Assembly (NCBI RefSeq): GCF_036321535.1
Contig: NC_087467.1
Location: 620,001 to 684,000, forward strand
Length of the DNA: 64,000 nucleotides
Source: Camelus dromedarius
Taxonomy: Eukaryota
Direction of reading: 5' to 3'
Below, one piece after another: positions 23,001 through 36,640 of the stretch (position 1 is its first letter; every line of letters begins with the position of its first letter). The position numbers and the translations under genes are program-made. The notes below the pieces were generated by a model. That model ran no database searches. It saw only the letters and a list, made by a program, of their open reading frames with translations, and had not been told where the DNA came from.

Positions 23001-25039
23001 TGTCCATGCCAGCATGAAGTAGACTTCTTCATAAACCTTATTATTTTCTTTCCACTTTTGCCCTCTTCTTAAATTTCTTCTCCCACAGTTGCTATAATCT
23101 CAAGATAAAAAGAGGCAAAGGAGCTACCTTATTCTCAGTTATGACTTGTAGAGGCCCTTGCATTTAAGAAGCACTAAAGACAAGGTTTTTAATAAGTAAA
23201 TGAGAAAAAAATTGAACGATGACAATTAGAATCTTAAGTTTTCAGAAGGAGAGGGAAAAATATTGGCTTTCGTAGGAAATAAAATTTACAAGAAATATCA
23301 TTCATCTCAGAAATGTCTAGTTAAGAAAAAGTTTCTCTTCACTTTCTAGAAGTGGTTTGAAAGCGCTTGTACCACGTGGTGCTGTTCAATACTATCATTA
23401 TATTTTATAACAAAAAAAGAGATTGAAATGGGATGATCTTTCTCTTTTACCTGAGTCATTAAATGATAGAAATTATGTTTAGAGACGTTTCTGGGATAAA
23501 ATGTCATAACATGGTTCAAATGAATTGCTTTTTCAGGTTGATTTCTCATGCTAATATTCTCTTTCTCTCAAACACTTTTCATGACTCTTTGAATTTTTAT
23601 GAAGAATTAAAGTTATAATTCTCAGAAGAGAAAAGGCTTACACGTCAAGGGAAACTCTCCTTCAGAATCTACCTAAACCACGCAAAACGGAGTATTAGGA
23701 AAAAATGTTTTCAGTCCTTCTAAAGAGGAGTCATAGTATTTTAAACGGTCTGTTAACTGAGTTCAGCTGCCAAACTCACCTCAGAGCTAAACATTTTACA
23801 CTTTTATTCCAATGGTAGTGTATGGAATCCAGGCTCCCAAAATCTTTGAAATGAAGCAGCCGTTGTGTCCCTTCCAAATGACAGCATATCCTATACATTG
23901 ACATCCCTTCTTATCCATTAATTCTTGAAACATGAGTATAGTCTTCAAAAGGACACTGTCCATAGATACCCACAATTCTACTGATTAGAGTAATTTGTTT
24001 CCTTAGTTTGTTATATGGACAGCTCCTTTTTGAGTAGCCTCTTCTGAGAACAGGGTAATCTTTTACCTGTAATTTCTTGTCCAGTAAGAATGGGTTATTC
24101 CCCATTTCTTGCCCAATAGGAATAGGTTATTCTAAGCCTGGAAGAAGCTAGCTGGTGTTTTTCCATTCACCTCAGGGTGGCAGCTATTTACATTTGGAAG
24201 TAGATTTTACCTCATAAAGCTCCAGACCACTGGGTATATAGTTATGTGATCCAATAATGTGGTGGGTTTCACATTGCACTGCTCAAATTTGGTCTTATTA
24301 AAAGTTCTCTGGGTGACAGCAATCTGCTAAAGCTGTGACCAAATGGTACTATTCTGGAGCCCTGCACAGAGGTGTCAGCCAGGATAAAATGGCACATTTA
24401 CCAACTCTTTGAGCCAAGCACTGAAATCATATTTTAGGTCTTAAAGTGACTGTCATTTTGTTATTAGATTCCATAAAAATTGTGGGGTTTTTTTTTTCCC
24501 TCTTCAGATAGAACCAATATACTTTAAAAACAAGCTGGAAATTACTTCTCATTTTCCCATATAATCACTAGTACAATGCAGACAATACTGATTTAAAGCC
24601 ATGAAGCCAATTCTAAATTGTGGTCTTTTTTATTCTTCAGTCTATGTTCCAACTCATGGATTCATCTTCTCCGTACCTTAGGTAGGTGGAAAGAAACCTC
24701 ATTAAATTCTCCTCCATCTCCCATAGTACCTAAATCCCTGGTGGCTGTCCAGCTGCTGAAATAGTTTATCTGAATGTGATGACATGAACGTGGCTGGAGA
24801 CCTCTTCAATAACAAGATTTCAATTAAGGAGACATTCAGAAACCAGTAAGAGAGCAGCACGCTAGTTGAAGGGCAGAGAGGAAATGTCTGGCTGCTCGTG
24901 GGAAGTTGCACATTCTAACAGGCGTCATCAAGATTGGTACTGTTTCGTAAAGATTAAAGAACTGGGCTGGAGGTAAGTGAGAAAAGGAAACCAAGAGTTT
25001 TCATTTTGTTGGGTCCTTAAATTCTACTTTTGGCGAGTA

Positions 25040-25240
25040 TCTGGTTGACGTCATTGACTTTTTGAACTAGGTAGTTAACTACTGGTGTCTGTCCTGCATA
25101 TTCAGGACATTTAACAACATCCTTGGCCTCTACCCCCTAGATGTCAGTAGCAGCCTCCTGTCAATTGTGACAACCAAAAAAAGTCTCCAGACTTTGTCAA
25201 GGAGTGTGAGAAATTGGCCCCATGTAAGAAGAACCACTCT
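25040..25240 (-). mobile_element. MER20-like hAT-Charlie DNA transposon
   Basis: aggacatttaacaacatccttggcctctaccccctagatgtcagtagca..tgtgacaaccaaaaaaagtctccagac..gaaccact. Confidence 0.75.
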
Positions 25241-26497
25241 AGGGCAAAAAATTAATAAATTAATGAATTAAATTAAATTTTAAAAAGTATTGTTTTTTCA
25301 GTTGCTATATTGTCTACTTTAAAGTCATGTTCAACAAGTTATAAGGTATTAAAAGCTAAAAGAAATGACTAGAAGTTAAGAGATCATAGCACCAACTTAA
25401 CAAAAAGAGCGATTCACTTGGATGTTCCTCCTTCACCATTCTTAATGTTTAAAGAAGTCATAATACAATATATGCATACACAGCAAAATGATGCAACAGG
25501 CATGGAAATCCATCTTAGAAGATTCATATATAAGTCACTGGGTAAATGTGTAATCATCTTCAGGATCCATCATCACTCAGAGAGCAACACTCCCTAAAAT
25601 GGGAGGAGTGGTGTTCTCTCATTAGCTATGAGAATCCATTAACCACACAAAGTCAGTCTTTTTTCTTTTCTTTTTTATTTGAATAACCATTCATCATTTG
25701 AATCATTAGCTTCCTCATAAAATTGTTAGGAATGCAAAATTATTTTTCAAAAAATCATTAGTTACAGGGCATTGCGTTATAAAAGCTTGGGTCTATTACT
25801 CTATCCCTTTCTGCATAAAAACGTGTCAGATGTGCAAGGTCATTTACGCTGATAAATAACTTTTTAACTAGACCTATTGTCTCATGGTCAGGCTGATATT
25901 AGGGCTTTCATTTCAACAGTGATTTTTATGGCAAAGCCATTTCTGAGATATGGAAAATCCTCAAATGAAAGAGAGCAAACATCATTTTTCATCCAGCTGA
26001 AAACAACATTTTAAAAAGTGGTGTTAGTCCATGTAATCTGTGGCTCAGAGACTAACCAGAGGCAGCTGCTCTTCTGTTTCCCAGCATTTTGTCACTGCCT
26101 GGGTTCTATTCACCGAGGATTTTGTCTTCCTTCCCTCCCTTCTCTGATTCTTTTTAAGCTTAAAACAAGTGTCACATTTGCCGTGAGAGAACTTCTCAAG
26201 TATCGCTTAATGATTTTCGCCCTAGATACTTTGTTATGGAAGATGAATGTCACATCTATTGTTGGCCTCTGAAATGAGCTCTGAAAATGCCATCTCTTCT
26301 GTTTCTCCCATTTCTCCAAGTTCCTAAGGTTTTGGAATGATTTGAAATAAATGTTGAAAAGTTGGATCATACATAGCTTTCTCTTTTTGGATCATCTCTG
26401 GATACAGGAAAGGAGAGTTCGTTAATTTTTATTACTATACCCTATGGTTGGGTCATTATTTCACTGATTCTTCTGAACTTTATTGATAACCTACTTA

Positions 26498-26900
26498 ATA
26501 TTAGGATTTTTATTTTTTTTAGTAGCAAATAAAATAAGCCTAACCCAAACAGGTTTAGGATAAAAGGGAATTTATTGCCTCTTGCTGAAGAGAAGGCTGG
26601 GGTAAGGAGCATGTCTGGAGGACACAGATGGCTTAGGGTTGTTGGTACAGAGGGCCAAAATGATTTTCTCCAGGAATCAGTCTTTCTAACCAATTTATTC
26701 TTTGTATTTCAGGTTGACTTTCTTCTCAGACTCCTTGTGCTGGTGGAATAACTGCACACTTCAGGATTAAATCATTTCATGTCCAAAGCAGGTGGGAATG
26801 AAGAAATGACAGTTGATCAGTGGTCTCAGCAAGAGTCTGTCTCATTGACTCGGACTGATCACAGGCTCGTCTCTGACTCAGTCACTGTGCTGGGTAGAAG
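26498..26900. mobile_element. Old MLT1 (ERVL-MaLR) LTR fragment
   Basis: ttaggatttt..gcaaataaaataagcctaacccaaacaggtttaggataaaagggaatttattg matches a recalled MLT1J/K/L terminus. Confidence 0.55.
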
Positions 26901-27254
26901 GTGGTGCTGTGATCGTCCAAGACGGAGTCAGGGACCCACCCCTGGATTCCTGAGTGGGCTGCATTCTGTGTGCAGCATCGGGGCTGAGTGAGGGAAGGAT
27001 TGGACCTTTGGTGGAGCAGTGAATGGATGCTGGTGGGCATAAGCAATAGATGCCTACTGCATCTGCTCTCTCTAATTGTGACAAAACATTTGTTGAATAA
27101 ACAAATAAAGCCAGAAAACCAGATGCTAAGAGACAAACAAGGTATCCTTGCCTTTAAATTAGAGAAACAATCAGGTATGTAACTAAATAGGGAGGCCAGT
27201 AAGACTATTAGGCACCCTGTGACAGGCACAGAGGGAATTCTTTACTAGGCTGCT

Positions 27255-27893
27255 TAGGGAAGTTTTTGTTTTGTTTTGTTTTGCTTTGCTTTTTTTTATT
27301 GAAGTATAGTCAGTTGCAACGTGTCAATTTCTGGTGTACAGTGCAATGTCCCAGTCATGCATATTAATACATATATTAGTTTTCATATTCTTTTCATTGA
27401 AGATTATTACAAGACATTGAATATAGTTCCCTGTGCTATACAGAAAAAAATGTTTTTTATCTATTTTTATATATAGTGTTTAACATTTGTAAATCTCAAA
27501 TTCCCAAATTTATCCCTTCCCACCCCTTTTCCCCAGTAACCATACTATATCTATGAGTCTGTTTCTGTTTTGTAGGTGAGTTCATTAGTGTCTTCTTTTT
27601 TCTTTTTTCCTTTTTTTTAAGAATGATCCACATATGAATGATATAATATGGTATTTTCTTTATCTTTCTGGCTTACTTCACTTAGAATGACGATCTCCAG
27701 GTCCATCCACGTTGCTACAAATGGCATTATTTTATTCTTTCCTATTGCTAAGTAGCATTCCATTGTGTGTGTGTGTGTATACACACCACAACTTCTTTAT
27801 CCAGTCATCTGTCAGTGGACATATGTTGCTTCTATGTCTTGGCTATTGTACATAGCACTGCTATAAATATTGGGGTGCTTGTATCAGAGTTCC
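27255..27893 (-). mobile_element. Relatively young L1 3' end, antisense, running into an assembly gap
   Basis: (TTTTG)n/poly-T, then ttattgaagtatagtcagttgcaac..ttccctgtgctatacag..ttcacttagaatgacgatctccaggtccatccacgttgctacaaatggcattatttt. Little decay. Confidence 0.85.
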
Positions 27894-28115
27894 NNNNNNN
27901 NNNNNNNNNNNNNNNNNNNNNNNNNNNNNNNNNNNNNNNNNNNNNNNNNNNNNNNNNNNNNNNNNNNNNNNNNNNNNNNNNNNNNNNNNNNNNNNNNNNN
28001 NNNNNNNNNNNNNNNNNNNNNNNNNNNNNNNNNNNNNNNNNNNNNNNNNNNNNNNNNNNNNNNNNNNNNNNNNNNNNNNNNNNNNNNNNNNNNNNNNNNN
28101 NNNNNNNNNNNNNNN
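27894..28115. other. Assembly gap (222 N)
   Basis: Run of N. Confidence 0.99.
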
Positions 28116-28231
28116 AGTTTTGATTCATTTTGGGAATGAATCCTGAGTAGGACATGGACCTGCAGAAATGGAGGACGTAGCACGAACAGATGGAGGGTGC
28201 TTCTGGAAGAGTGAGTAAATCAGTTCAGCTG

Positions 28232-28440
28232 TATCACGAACAGTAAACTATGGCCTTATGCTTTATCTTGCTTTTATAAATAAAGTTTTATTGGAACACA
28301 GACTCACCCACTTATTTACCTAATGTCTATGACTGCTTGTTCAAATTTGCAGAGTTGTGGCTGACTTTTCTGACTTTTTGGTTTGCAGAGACTAACATAT
28401 TTACTATCTAGCCCTTTCATAAAATCTTTGCCAACCACTG
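28232..28440 (+). mobile_element. MER58A-like hAT-Charlie element
   Basis: aaactatggcc..ataaataaagttttattggaacacag..catatttactatctagccctttcataaaatctttgccaaccactg. Confidence 0.8.
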
Positions 28441-29234
28441 AAGTATAGAATAAATTATGAAAATTACATTTGATTAGCCTGGAAAAGTTGTATTTGCATA
28501 ATATTGCGGAAGAGTAAGCTTTAAAACAATGGAGAACTATTGTAAATGTTGCGAAGCAGATAGTGTGACTAGGACCGAGCCTGACTAACGCTAATCCAGC
28601 AGCAGAGCACAGGATGCGCTGGAGGGAGGAAGTGCATTCCCACCATGTTCGCCACACAGAATTATCAGGGAGATATTACACTGGTAGATCCCCAACCCAC
28701 CTCCGAGAAGTTCCTTCAAGGACAAGGGCTCGCCTATTTAACTCGTCTCCAGGTCATTTTCATCCTGCTGGCTCTTGAAGTTCAGACTTTTAGAAATGTT
28801 GAACCAGATTTCCAGGAAGTGGATAACTGGTACTCTTAAGATTACTACAGTGGTTCCTGTAAAAGATGACAGCCTCTCACTAGAGTCGGGGCATGCTTGG
28901 TTTCGACATTTGCGGAGACAGGGTTAGAATTGAAATGGAGACACCAAGACTTTTGTACACTCATATCTTTCAATTCCAGGCTCCATCCACCACAAAGGAT
29001 CTCTTGTGTCTATGGACCTCCGAGGCCACGCTCCACACACATTCCCTCTTCTGACAGCCATGGCAAGTGGCATAGGGTGTCTTTGGAAGGACAACTTAGG
29101 GCCACTTGGGCAAGGGAGCCTAAGTGCATGGGTACCTTCACTGTGATCTACAGTGGGATGTGTGAGCATCAGGTGTGCAAATTCCCTTGGTCTTTGGAAC
29201 TTTCCATCTTTTGGTGAAGCACATGTCCACAGGA

Positions 29235-29575
29235 GGGCCAGAACAGAGCCCCCTATGATTATCTGATTGGGGCCCTGATTACTTGGTCTAAATGTGCATC
29301 TGAGAAAGGGAATAGGGGAGAGGAGATGTTTTTAAGATATTGCTGTGGTAAAATAGACAGGACTTGGTAGCTTGATACAGAAAATCATGGGGAAAAAATG
29401 AGTCAAGGGTAACAAAGTTTTCAAGATATTGAAATGGGGGAAGTGTGATGTCATCTAAGAATGCAAACAGGAAGTCCAGGGAAGGAGCACGCAGGGCGAA
29501 AACACAAGTTTGCTTTAGGAACCTTGTGAACGAGAAATAGGAACCACCTTTAAGTGTCAATGACCTGAAGGAATT
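29235..29575 (+). mobile_element. L2 fragment
   Basis: gattacttggtctaaatgtg..gagtcaagggtaacaaagttttcaag..gtgtgatgtcatctaagaatgcaaacaggaag; recalled L2 pattern. Confidence 0.5.
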
Positions 29576-29699
29576 AATAAATGTGGGAGAGAGATTAAAA
29601 GTATAACATACAATTTGTAGTTAATGAGTGGTCTTCTGACTCCATTTACTTACGGATAAATTCTAATTTGTACTAGTTCTTTATTTATTATCTGGACTA

Positions 29700-31490
29700 T
29701 TTTAAATACAGAAATTACTAGTTATCACCTACTTGGTAATACTGAGATAGAATTTGTAAAAATAAAAGGGGGGCAACATAAATGCTTCAATATTTATAAA
29801 TGTTGAATAATTCCTTTTATTTAGCAGTTTTCCGACTGTTGAGTTGGTGCCCCAGAATCCTCTAAAAATAAACTACGGGGATTTGTTTTTTAAGGGTAAG
29901 CAATAGTTTATTTTTCTTCTGTAAAATGATGAGCTCCAAGATCTAACAGATAAGATTATTTGAGATATTTCAATCCATTGCAATTATCTTCACTGAGACT
30001 AAAGTTATCCCATATGTGGCAAGTGGGAAATTTTTTCTGTTGGCTCCTGAGTTGCTTGTTGTGACTCCCATAGTCTTTAATAGCTTTTTTTGCTATCAAA
30101 ACAGTTTGCACCTTTCTGTCTCCGGCCTGGATTTAGGTGTTTCTGCATCAAGTCTTGGGTCCTATTAATGAACGATATACTCATTAGAGATTATAATATG
30201 GATAAGAAAAGTGCTTATTGCTACTGGGCTGCTGATTGCCGTTAGTCTGTTTTTAGCCAATAGTTCTATAAAATGAATATTTTTAAAAGAGAAAATTTAT
30301 AGTAATTTAATACAAACACCCTCAATTCAGTATGGTTTTAACTTAACCTCATCAGTCTTTACATGTGTTTTTTCTCACATGCTAAAAATCACAGTGATCG
30401 GGTGCACTGATGTAATTATCCATTTACTTTATCCACTAATACACATGCCACAGACTCAGAATGACATTACCTATCCACCATTCACTCAATGATCAGAGGA
30501 TTATTAAAAACAGTGTGAAGATTTTGGTTATTTTGTTTGTTTGGTTGGTTCTGCTCTTCTTTTTTTCTTTGGGTATATGCCGTTATGATATTTGGTCAAA
30601 GATTTGGGACAGGTCCATTTTAAGTAGTTTTAATGACCACCTTTACATATAGTTAATCCTTTCATTTCATTTTTCTTCCAAATCTTATGAACAATTTTTT
30701 GTTAATTTATTTTTTATAAATTTAAAATATTTGCTTAGTTCCAAAGTCAAGTTTATAAAAGTCGTATTCAGAAGAGTTTAGATTATTTTCCTCTCTTCCT
30801 CAAACTTTCCCCTAGTCTCACTAGTTGGTAGCCATTTAAAATTATTTTTGGTTTATTCTGTCATTTTTTAATATAAGCAACTATATATATATTTTCTACA
30901 TATCCTGAATTCCCTTATAGGATAAATAGTAGCTTATTATACGTTCTTTTTTTATTTTGTTTTCTTTCCACTTATTGGTATTTCCTGGTGATCACTTCAC
31001 AGTATTGTATAGAATATTTCCTTATTCTTTTTCATAGCTGCATAGTGCTCCATCATGGGGTGGGGCCAGTTTATTCAACAGATATTTAGGTTGTTTCTAG
31101 TATTTTGCCTTTACTGAAAAAAATGCTGCATTGAATTTTTTAATATATATTTTAATATATATTTTATATATATATATTTTATATTTTAGCAGTGTTTCTC
31201 TGTGATATAGCTCCAGAAGTGGGACTGCTAGGTTAAAGATGACTGTCTCTATAATATTGCTGGTTATTGTCAAATTCCCCTCTATAAGATTGTACCACTG
31301 ACCATTCCCAACAGCAATGTGTAAGAGCAATGTAGTCCCACAGCCTGATCAAGAAAGTATTCTGTAAAACTTTTGGATTTTTGCAATCAGAAAGATGAGA
31401 AATAATATTTCAGTAGAGTTTTAACTTGCTTGTCTCTAATTTTGAGTGAAGTTGAGGACTTTCCTATATTCACCAACTGTTTTTCCCTTT
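29700..31490 (-). mobile_element. Old L1 (L1ME-like) antisense block
   Basis: Includes atagctccagaagtgggactgctaggttaaag..gattgtaccactgaccattcccaacagcaatgtgtaagag..agtgaagttgagga. Confidence 0.6.
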
Positions 31491-32025
31491 TTATGGAGCC
31501 ATGTTCCTATCTTTAACTCAATTCTTTACATAATACCTTCACAACATGGTGCCTGCCATTGCACGTGTAATTTATGACCTCGTGCATGCTAACTTTAACC
31601 ACACACGCTGCTAGCACTCCCCTGAATGAGAGGTTCTGCTTCATTCCTCTCCCCTTCAACCTCTTACTTTTGCCCATACCCTTCCCTTTGCTCCACTTGC
31701 TCTAGCTTCCAGGCACCCCCTAGGGAATGCTTTCCCACTCTTGCAAATTAGCTCCTGTAAGTGGCCTTAAAGTATTCACATTGGTCACTTTGAACATGCC
31801 TGCCTTTGAAGATTTGGACTCACATAGAAAGCTTTCATGTTTTTAAATTTTATATGTCTTCTACATTGTTATAAATTTAAAGTAAATATGTATTATACTT
31901 CTAACTTAAAGTGAGCAAATCAAAGAGGAAGAAATCATGATCTTCTCTGAAGACTTCCTTATCACCCAGTTAGAGATTTAGGTAACGCATCTTCTGATTC
32001 TGTACTGTCTGTCCACATAACCATC

Positions 32026-32469
32026 TGTCTTAGTGTGCTTGGGGTGTCGTAACAAGATGTCACAGATACCCACAGATGTCAGCTATCAGGATAGCCACAC
32101 ACCACGTGGCTTGAACAGCAAACCTTCATTATCTCACCGAGGGCAGAAATCTAAGATCAAGGTGTCAGCAAGGCTGGTTTCTGATGGGGGCTCTCTTCTT
32201 GGTTTGCAGATAACTACCTTCTCACTGTGTCCTCTCATGGACTTTCTTCTCAGTGTGGGATCTGAGTAAGAGAGAGAGAGCGAGCTAGCTCGCTGGTATC
32301 TCTTCCTCTTCTTACAAGGACACCAGTCTTATCAGATTAAGGCCCTAATATTATAACCTTATTTAACCTCAATTACCTTCTTAAAGGCCCTATTTCTAAA
32401 TATGGTCCCATTTGGGGGATTGGCGATTCAACATATGAATTTTATAGGCACACAATTCAGTCTATAACA
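32026..32469 (-). mobile_element. MLT1 (ERVL-MaLR) solo LTR
   Basis: TG...CA termini (tgtcttagtgtgcttggg ... cacaattcagtctataaca) and internal ctaagatcaaggtgtcagcaaggctggtttct. Near-perfect 5-bp TSD ccatc/tcatc. Confidence 0.85.
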
Positions 32470-34767
32470 TCATCTATTATCTGTCTATCCACCTACCCAT
32501 CTATCCAGTTATTTACTTATGTTTAACTCACTGAATTCTTTGCATAAAACTACCTGCTTAATTATCTTTCTCCCTTCTAAGTTTTGCCTTCTGTCAGAGT
32601 AGGTGCTATATATTGATAACTTTGAATCCCCAGAATCTAGCATGAAACAGGTATTTTGAAAGTATTTGCTGAATAATGGTTCAGATGCTTGTCTTTGGCC
32701 ATGTGATATGTGTAAATATCACATATCTTTTCCTATTCTTTTCCTGAGGATTCAAATAGAAGACAATTCCTTTCTTTCATTGGTGTCCTATAGATGCCAT
32801 AGAATTTTTTTTAATGAAAAAGCAGCCAATGCAAACATTAAAAAATCAAGGTTTTTTTTATTGGAAAGTAATATTAAGTCTTACATAAAATTTTTAAAGA
32901 GTTTGTGAATATATGATGATTTTCAGTTACCATTCCCTATTGGCTAACTTGGAAGTTTAAATACTTTTTGTAAATTCTCTAACTATATGACCACATTATA
33001 GTTTATAAATTAATCAATTTTATGGCTTTCATCATGTTGTTTATGGATGGATCAGAAAATATACAGAGAGTTGAAGTGCTTATAATTTACGAGCAACTGC
33101 AATTTTCTTAAATTTATTGAACTGTTTATCTGGGCTTTTAAAGCTGACTTTGGATGTGAGTGATACTCACAGCAGGCTGGTATTTTTGTGCTCTGATTTA
33201 CTAGATGCAATGGGAAGTTGCTTTCTGATCCTGCCTAGTTCATCAAGAGCTAGGAGGGCAGCGATAATTCATTGAACACAATGCTACCACTTGCACCCCT
33301 GCCACGTGGGAGACACCTGACCTAGAGCACGAAGGACATTCAGTTGGACTTCCACCCACAGAACCATCTGTGGCATGGAATAATGAAGGCAGAGTCAGGG
33401 GAGATGTCTGGCACAGCCTCAGTTTCTCCACTCATAGAAAGCTAACTCTTGGATTATACCAGGTTCTCCATGGTGTGGAGTGGATGACGGACGTGTGTTC
33501 TAGGTTCTGGAATCATTTGTGAAATGCTTTATCTGTAAGGCTAACATCCTGGAAGCAGGAGACCTTAATGTTTTTCAGTGTTCTTTGATTTATTCAACAG
33601 AGCTTATTCAGTTCTTTGATTCATTCAACACTAAAAAATAAAGTGTTCTAAATCAGTACCTTCTCACCTGTGACACTCAGGGAAACACCAATGTCCCTGG
33701 CTTTATCTTCTGTCAGAATGGTCCTATCGCAATGAAAATAACATGGAGTTTGAAAACAGCTATTCCTGGGCTCCCATACCAAATCTACCATCACCAGCTA
33801 TGGTTCCTTGGGCAAATGACTTAATCTTATTGAAGTAAAAAGGATACAAACACTTATTTTTGATAATACCTAATGTATAAAATTAGATGACCAATTTCAA
33901 CAGCACAGCACGGTGTCTTGCTAATCAATAAAGTTACTTTCATCTTTCCCTTATTCAGTCTTTACATTTTATCTATTTAGAGTACTTTTTTCCCCCAGCA
34001 CAAGATGGGATAATTTCCTAATATAGCTAATTTTTTTCCTCATATTTCTTTTCAAGGCTTTGCAAACCTTCAAGTTTCTTAGCATGACACCATTGCTACT
34101 CCCCAGCATCTCTCATTGAATATCTTCCTTGAATTTTTCTCTGGATACACTTAATGTCTCTGTGTCTCTCTCTTTATCTGCTCAGCAATGCTGAGAACCT
34201 GGTCAGTGTTAACTAAATAAATATAACTGCAAAACTGGGCCAAGGGTTCTGCCATTTGCCAGCTATGTGAACTTGAACTCAATGACTTGTTTCACATCTG
34301 TATTAACTATTTTGTTATTATCTTGAACTTGGACTCCCATCATTTTGGGCCTGAGTTTTCACAACAACCTTTTGGCTGTTTGGCCAGATTCCAGTCGGCC
34401 TGCCTTCAAACCCATTTTTCCTGTAATTTAGGCTAATAGACCAACACACCCATGCACTCAACTGCCCAAGAAAGTGATTAGACATTGCAAAGCCTCTTCC
34501 TGTTCAACACCTGTTTCCACATTGATTCTGTTTCTGCTTGGCTTCCAACCCTTGGCCTACCTATTTAGATTTGGTAGTCATAACTAGTTTTTCCATTTCT
34601 GACTCTCAGCTTTGCCTTAAAAGTTCTGGCTTGAATATGACCTAGCCCTTTCCAGAAATTTAACTTGTTCCTAAGTCTGTGAACTAGGCAATGTAAAGTA
34701 GGAGTCTGAATCCCAGTTCTACTGCAATTTGCTATATGAGCTTCACTGAATGATTTTATAGGTCATA

Positions 34768-35236
34768 TGTGATGGTTAATTTGTGCATCAACTTGGCTAG
34801 GCCAAAGCACCCAGATATTTGGTCAAACATTATTCCAGCTGTGTCTGTGAACATATTTTTTAGATGAGACTAACATTTAAATTGTTAGAATTTGAGTAAA
34901 GCAGATTACCTTTCATTCATGGGTGGGCCTCATCCGATCAGTTGAAGGTTTTAAGAGACAAGACTGTCCTTCCCCAAAGAAAGGGGGATTCTGCCAGCAG
35001 AAGGTCTTCAAACTCTAACTCTTCCCTTGGTTTCCAGTCTGCCAGTCTACCCTGCAGATTTCAGTCTTGCCAGCTCCACAATCACATGAGTTTATTTCTT
35101 AAAACAAATCTCTCTGTCTCTCTCGACCTCTATCTCTGTCTGTCTGTCTGTCTCTTTATATACATATTATATATATATAATATATATATACCTAATTTCC
35201 TATCAGTTCTGTTTTTCTAGTGAACCCTTACTAACA
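34768..35236 (+). mobile_element. MLT2 (ERVL) solo LTR
   Basis: tgtgatggttaatttgtgcatcaacttggctaggcc..gagtaaagcagattacc..gtgggcctcatccgatcagttgaagg..ctagtgaacccttactaaca, with an internal (TCTG)/(TA) microsatellite. Confidence 0.85.
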
Positions 35237-36429
35237 TGCCACGGTCTCTGCTTTGGTAAAATGAAAATAGTAACTATACCTAACTCCTAGATTTATGGTG
35301 ATGATTAAGGAGCTTAGCATAACACTTGACATCTAATAAGTGCCCAGTAAATGCCAGTTATTCTTCTAATTATTATTTATCATAACTTAGAGGCTTTGTC
35401 TGTACTGTTCCCTCCACCTGCTTGCCACCCTATGTCACTTCATCTGGAGAACTCCTCCAGGATTCACTCGAAATGCCACCTTTCCTGTGAAGCCTGCCCA
35501 GATGCCCCTCAGGCATGGTTATTTATACCTACAGCCCACACTGTCGCTTGCCAAACCATCACTTGTCTATTTAAATATAGTCTTCAAGAAGAGGAGGCAA
35601 ATGACCCAAAAAGTCCTCCAGGTCATACTTTAATCTTTCTATTTCTAGCACCAACCCGAATAGCACCAATTCTCAATAAATATTCCCCGAATGAATACTG
35701 GGAGATGTCTTTACTTCTTGTATTAGGGATGGAGGATTTTCGTCAAATCTACGTGTCTGCGTGTGAAGTGGGCAGATTCTCTGATTTGTGAAACATTTAT
35801 CAAGTGTCTCTTGTGGGCAAGGATGGTGTCAGTTGCTTCAGTTTCAGTTTTCAGAGGCAGATGGTTTATTAGGAGAAGTGGGGCAGATACTCAAATAAGT
35901 GAGGCTTAGAGTAAAACTTCCGAGTGGAAGGCATGAGAAAATGATGTCAAAATATAGAGGGGAAAGTTATTTTTTTCTGCCTGGATGAATCGAGGACAAT
36001 CTTTTATAGGAGGTAATATATAAATTTGGCCTTGAAGAAAAGGCAAGGTTTGGAGGGGAAAGTCATTCCACATAGAAGGAACAGAAGTCAATGCTCAGGT
36101 ATGTTTGAAGAATGATAAGTGGTCCGTATTGTGTATAACTTAGGGGAGGCTTGGGGGCAGTGGGGAGATAATGGATGGGAAACATAAGGATCATATTATT
36201 AAGAGGTGTGAACGCTAGAACCCTAGCCTCATTCGGGGGGTGATGAAAACTTGGGGAAGGCGGTTCCTTTGATTTTCAGCGTATGACGTTCCAGTAGAAG
36301 CTGAATGCTCACATTTTTAACAGGAACTTTTGTCACACTCTGACCCAGGAGGCAAAAGGAGCAGGGAAAGCAAATTTTGTCCAAATTTTGTCCAACGTCC
36401 CCAAAATAACCTCTCTGACCTCACAAATA

Positions 36430-36640
36430 ATATTTAACACATAAAAGGACTACATGTCAGGCGCTGTTCTAAGTCTTTCATGTGCATCAACTTGTATATT
36501 CCTCAGAAATAAGTGTTTTATTGTTCCCTGTTTTACAGATGAAGATGCTAAGACAACAGAGTGAAGTGTCTTGCCCAGACTTCGACAGCAGGCGGGCGGT
36601 GGAGCTGCTAAACGACACAGGTCTGGACTTGGCCCCCGAC
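36430..36640 (-). mobile_element. MIR SINE, antisense, with a CpG-rich 3' part
   Basis: gctgttctaagtctttcatgtgcatcaac..ttccctgttttacagatgaaga..gaagtgtcttgcccaga. Confidence 0.7.

Noticed and set aside
24702-24911. Minus-strand ORF ending ..FRYYGRWRRI as a possible last exon of a second gene
   Set aside because: I recognise no homologue and see no consistent partner exons.
27767-28183. ORFs spanning the first N run (and 38498-38793 at the second)
   Set aside because: They are artefacts of translating N as X.
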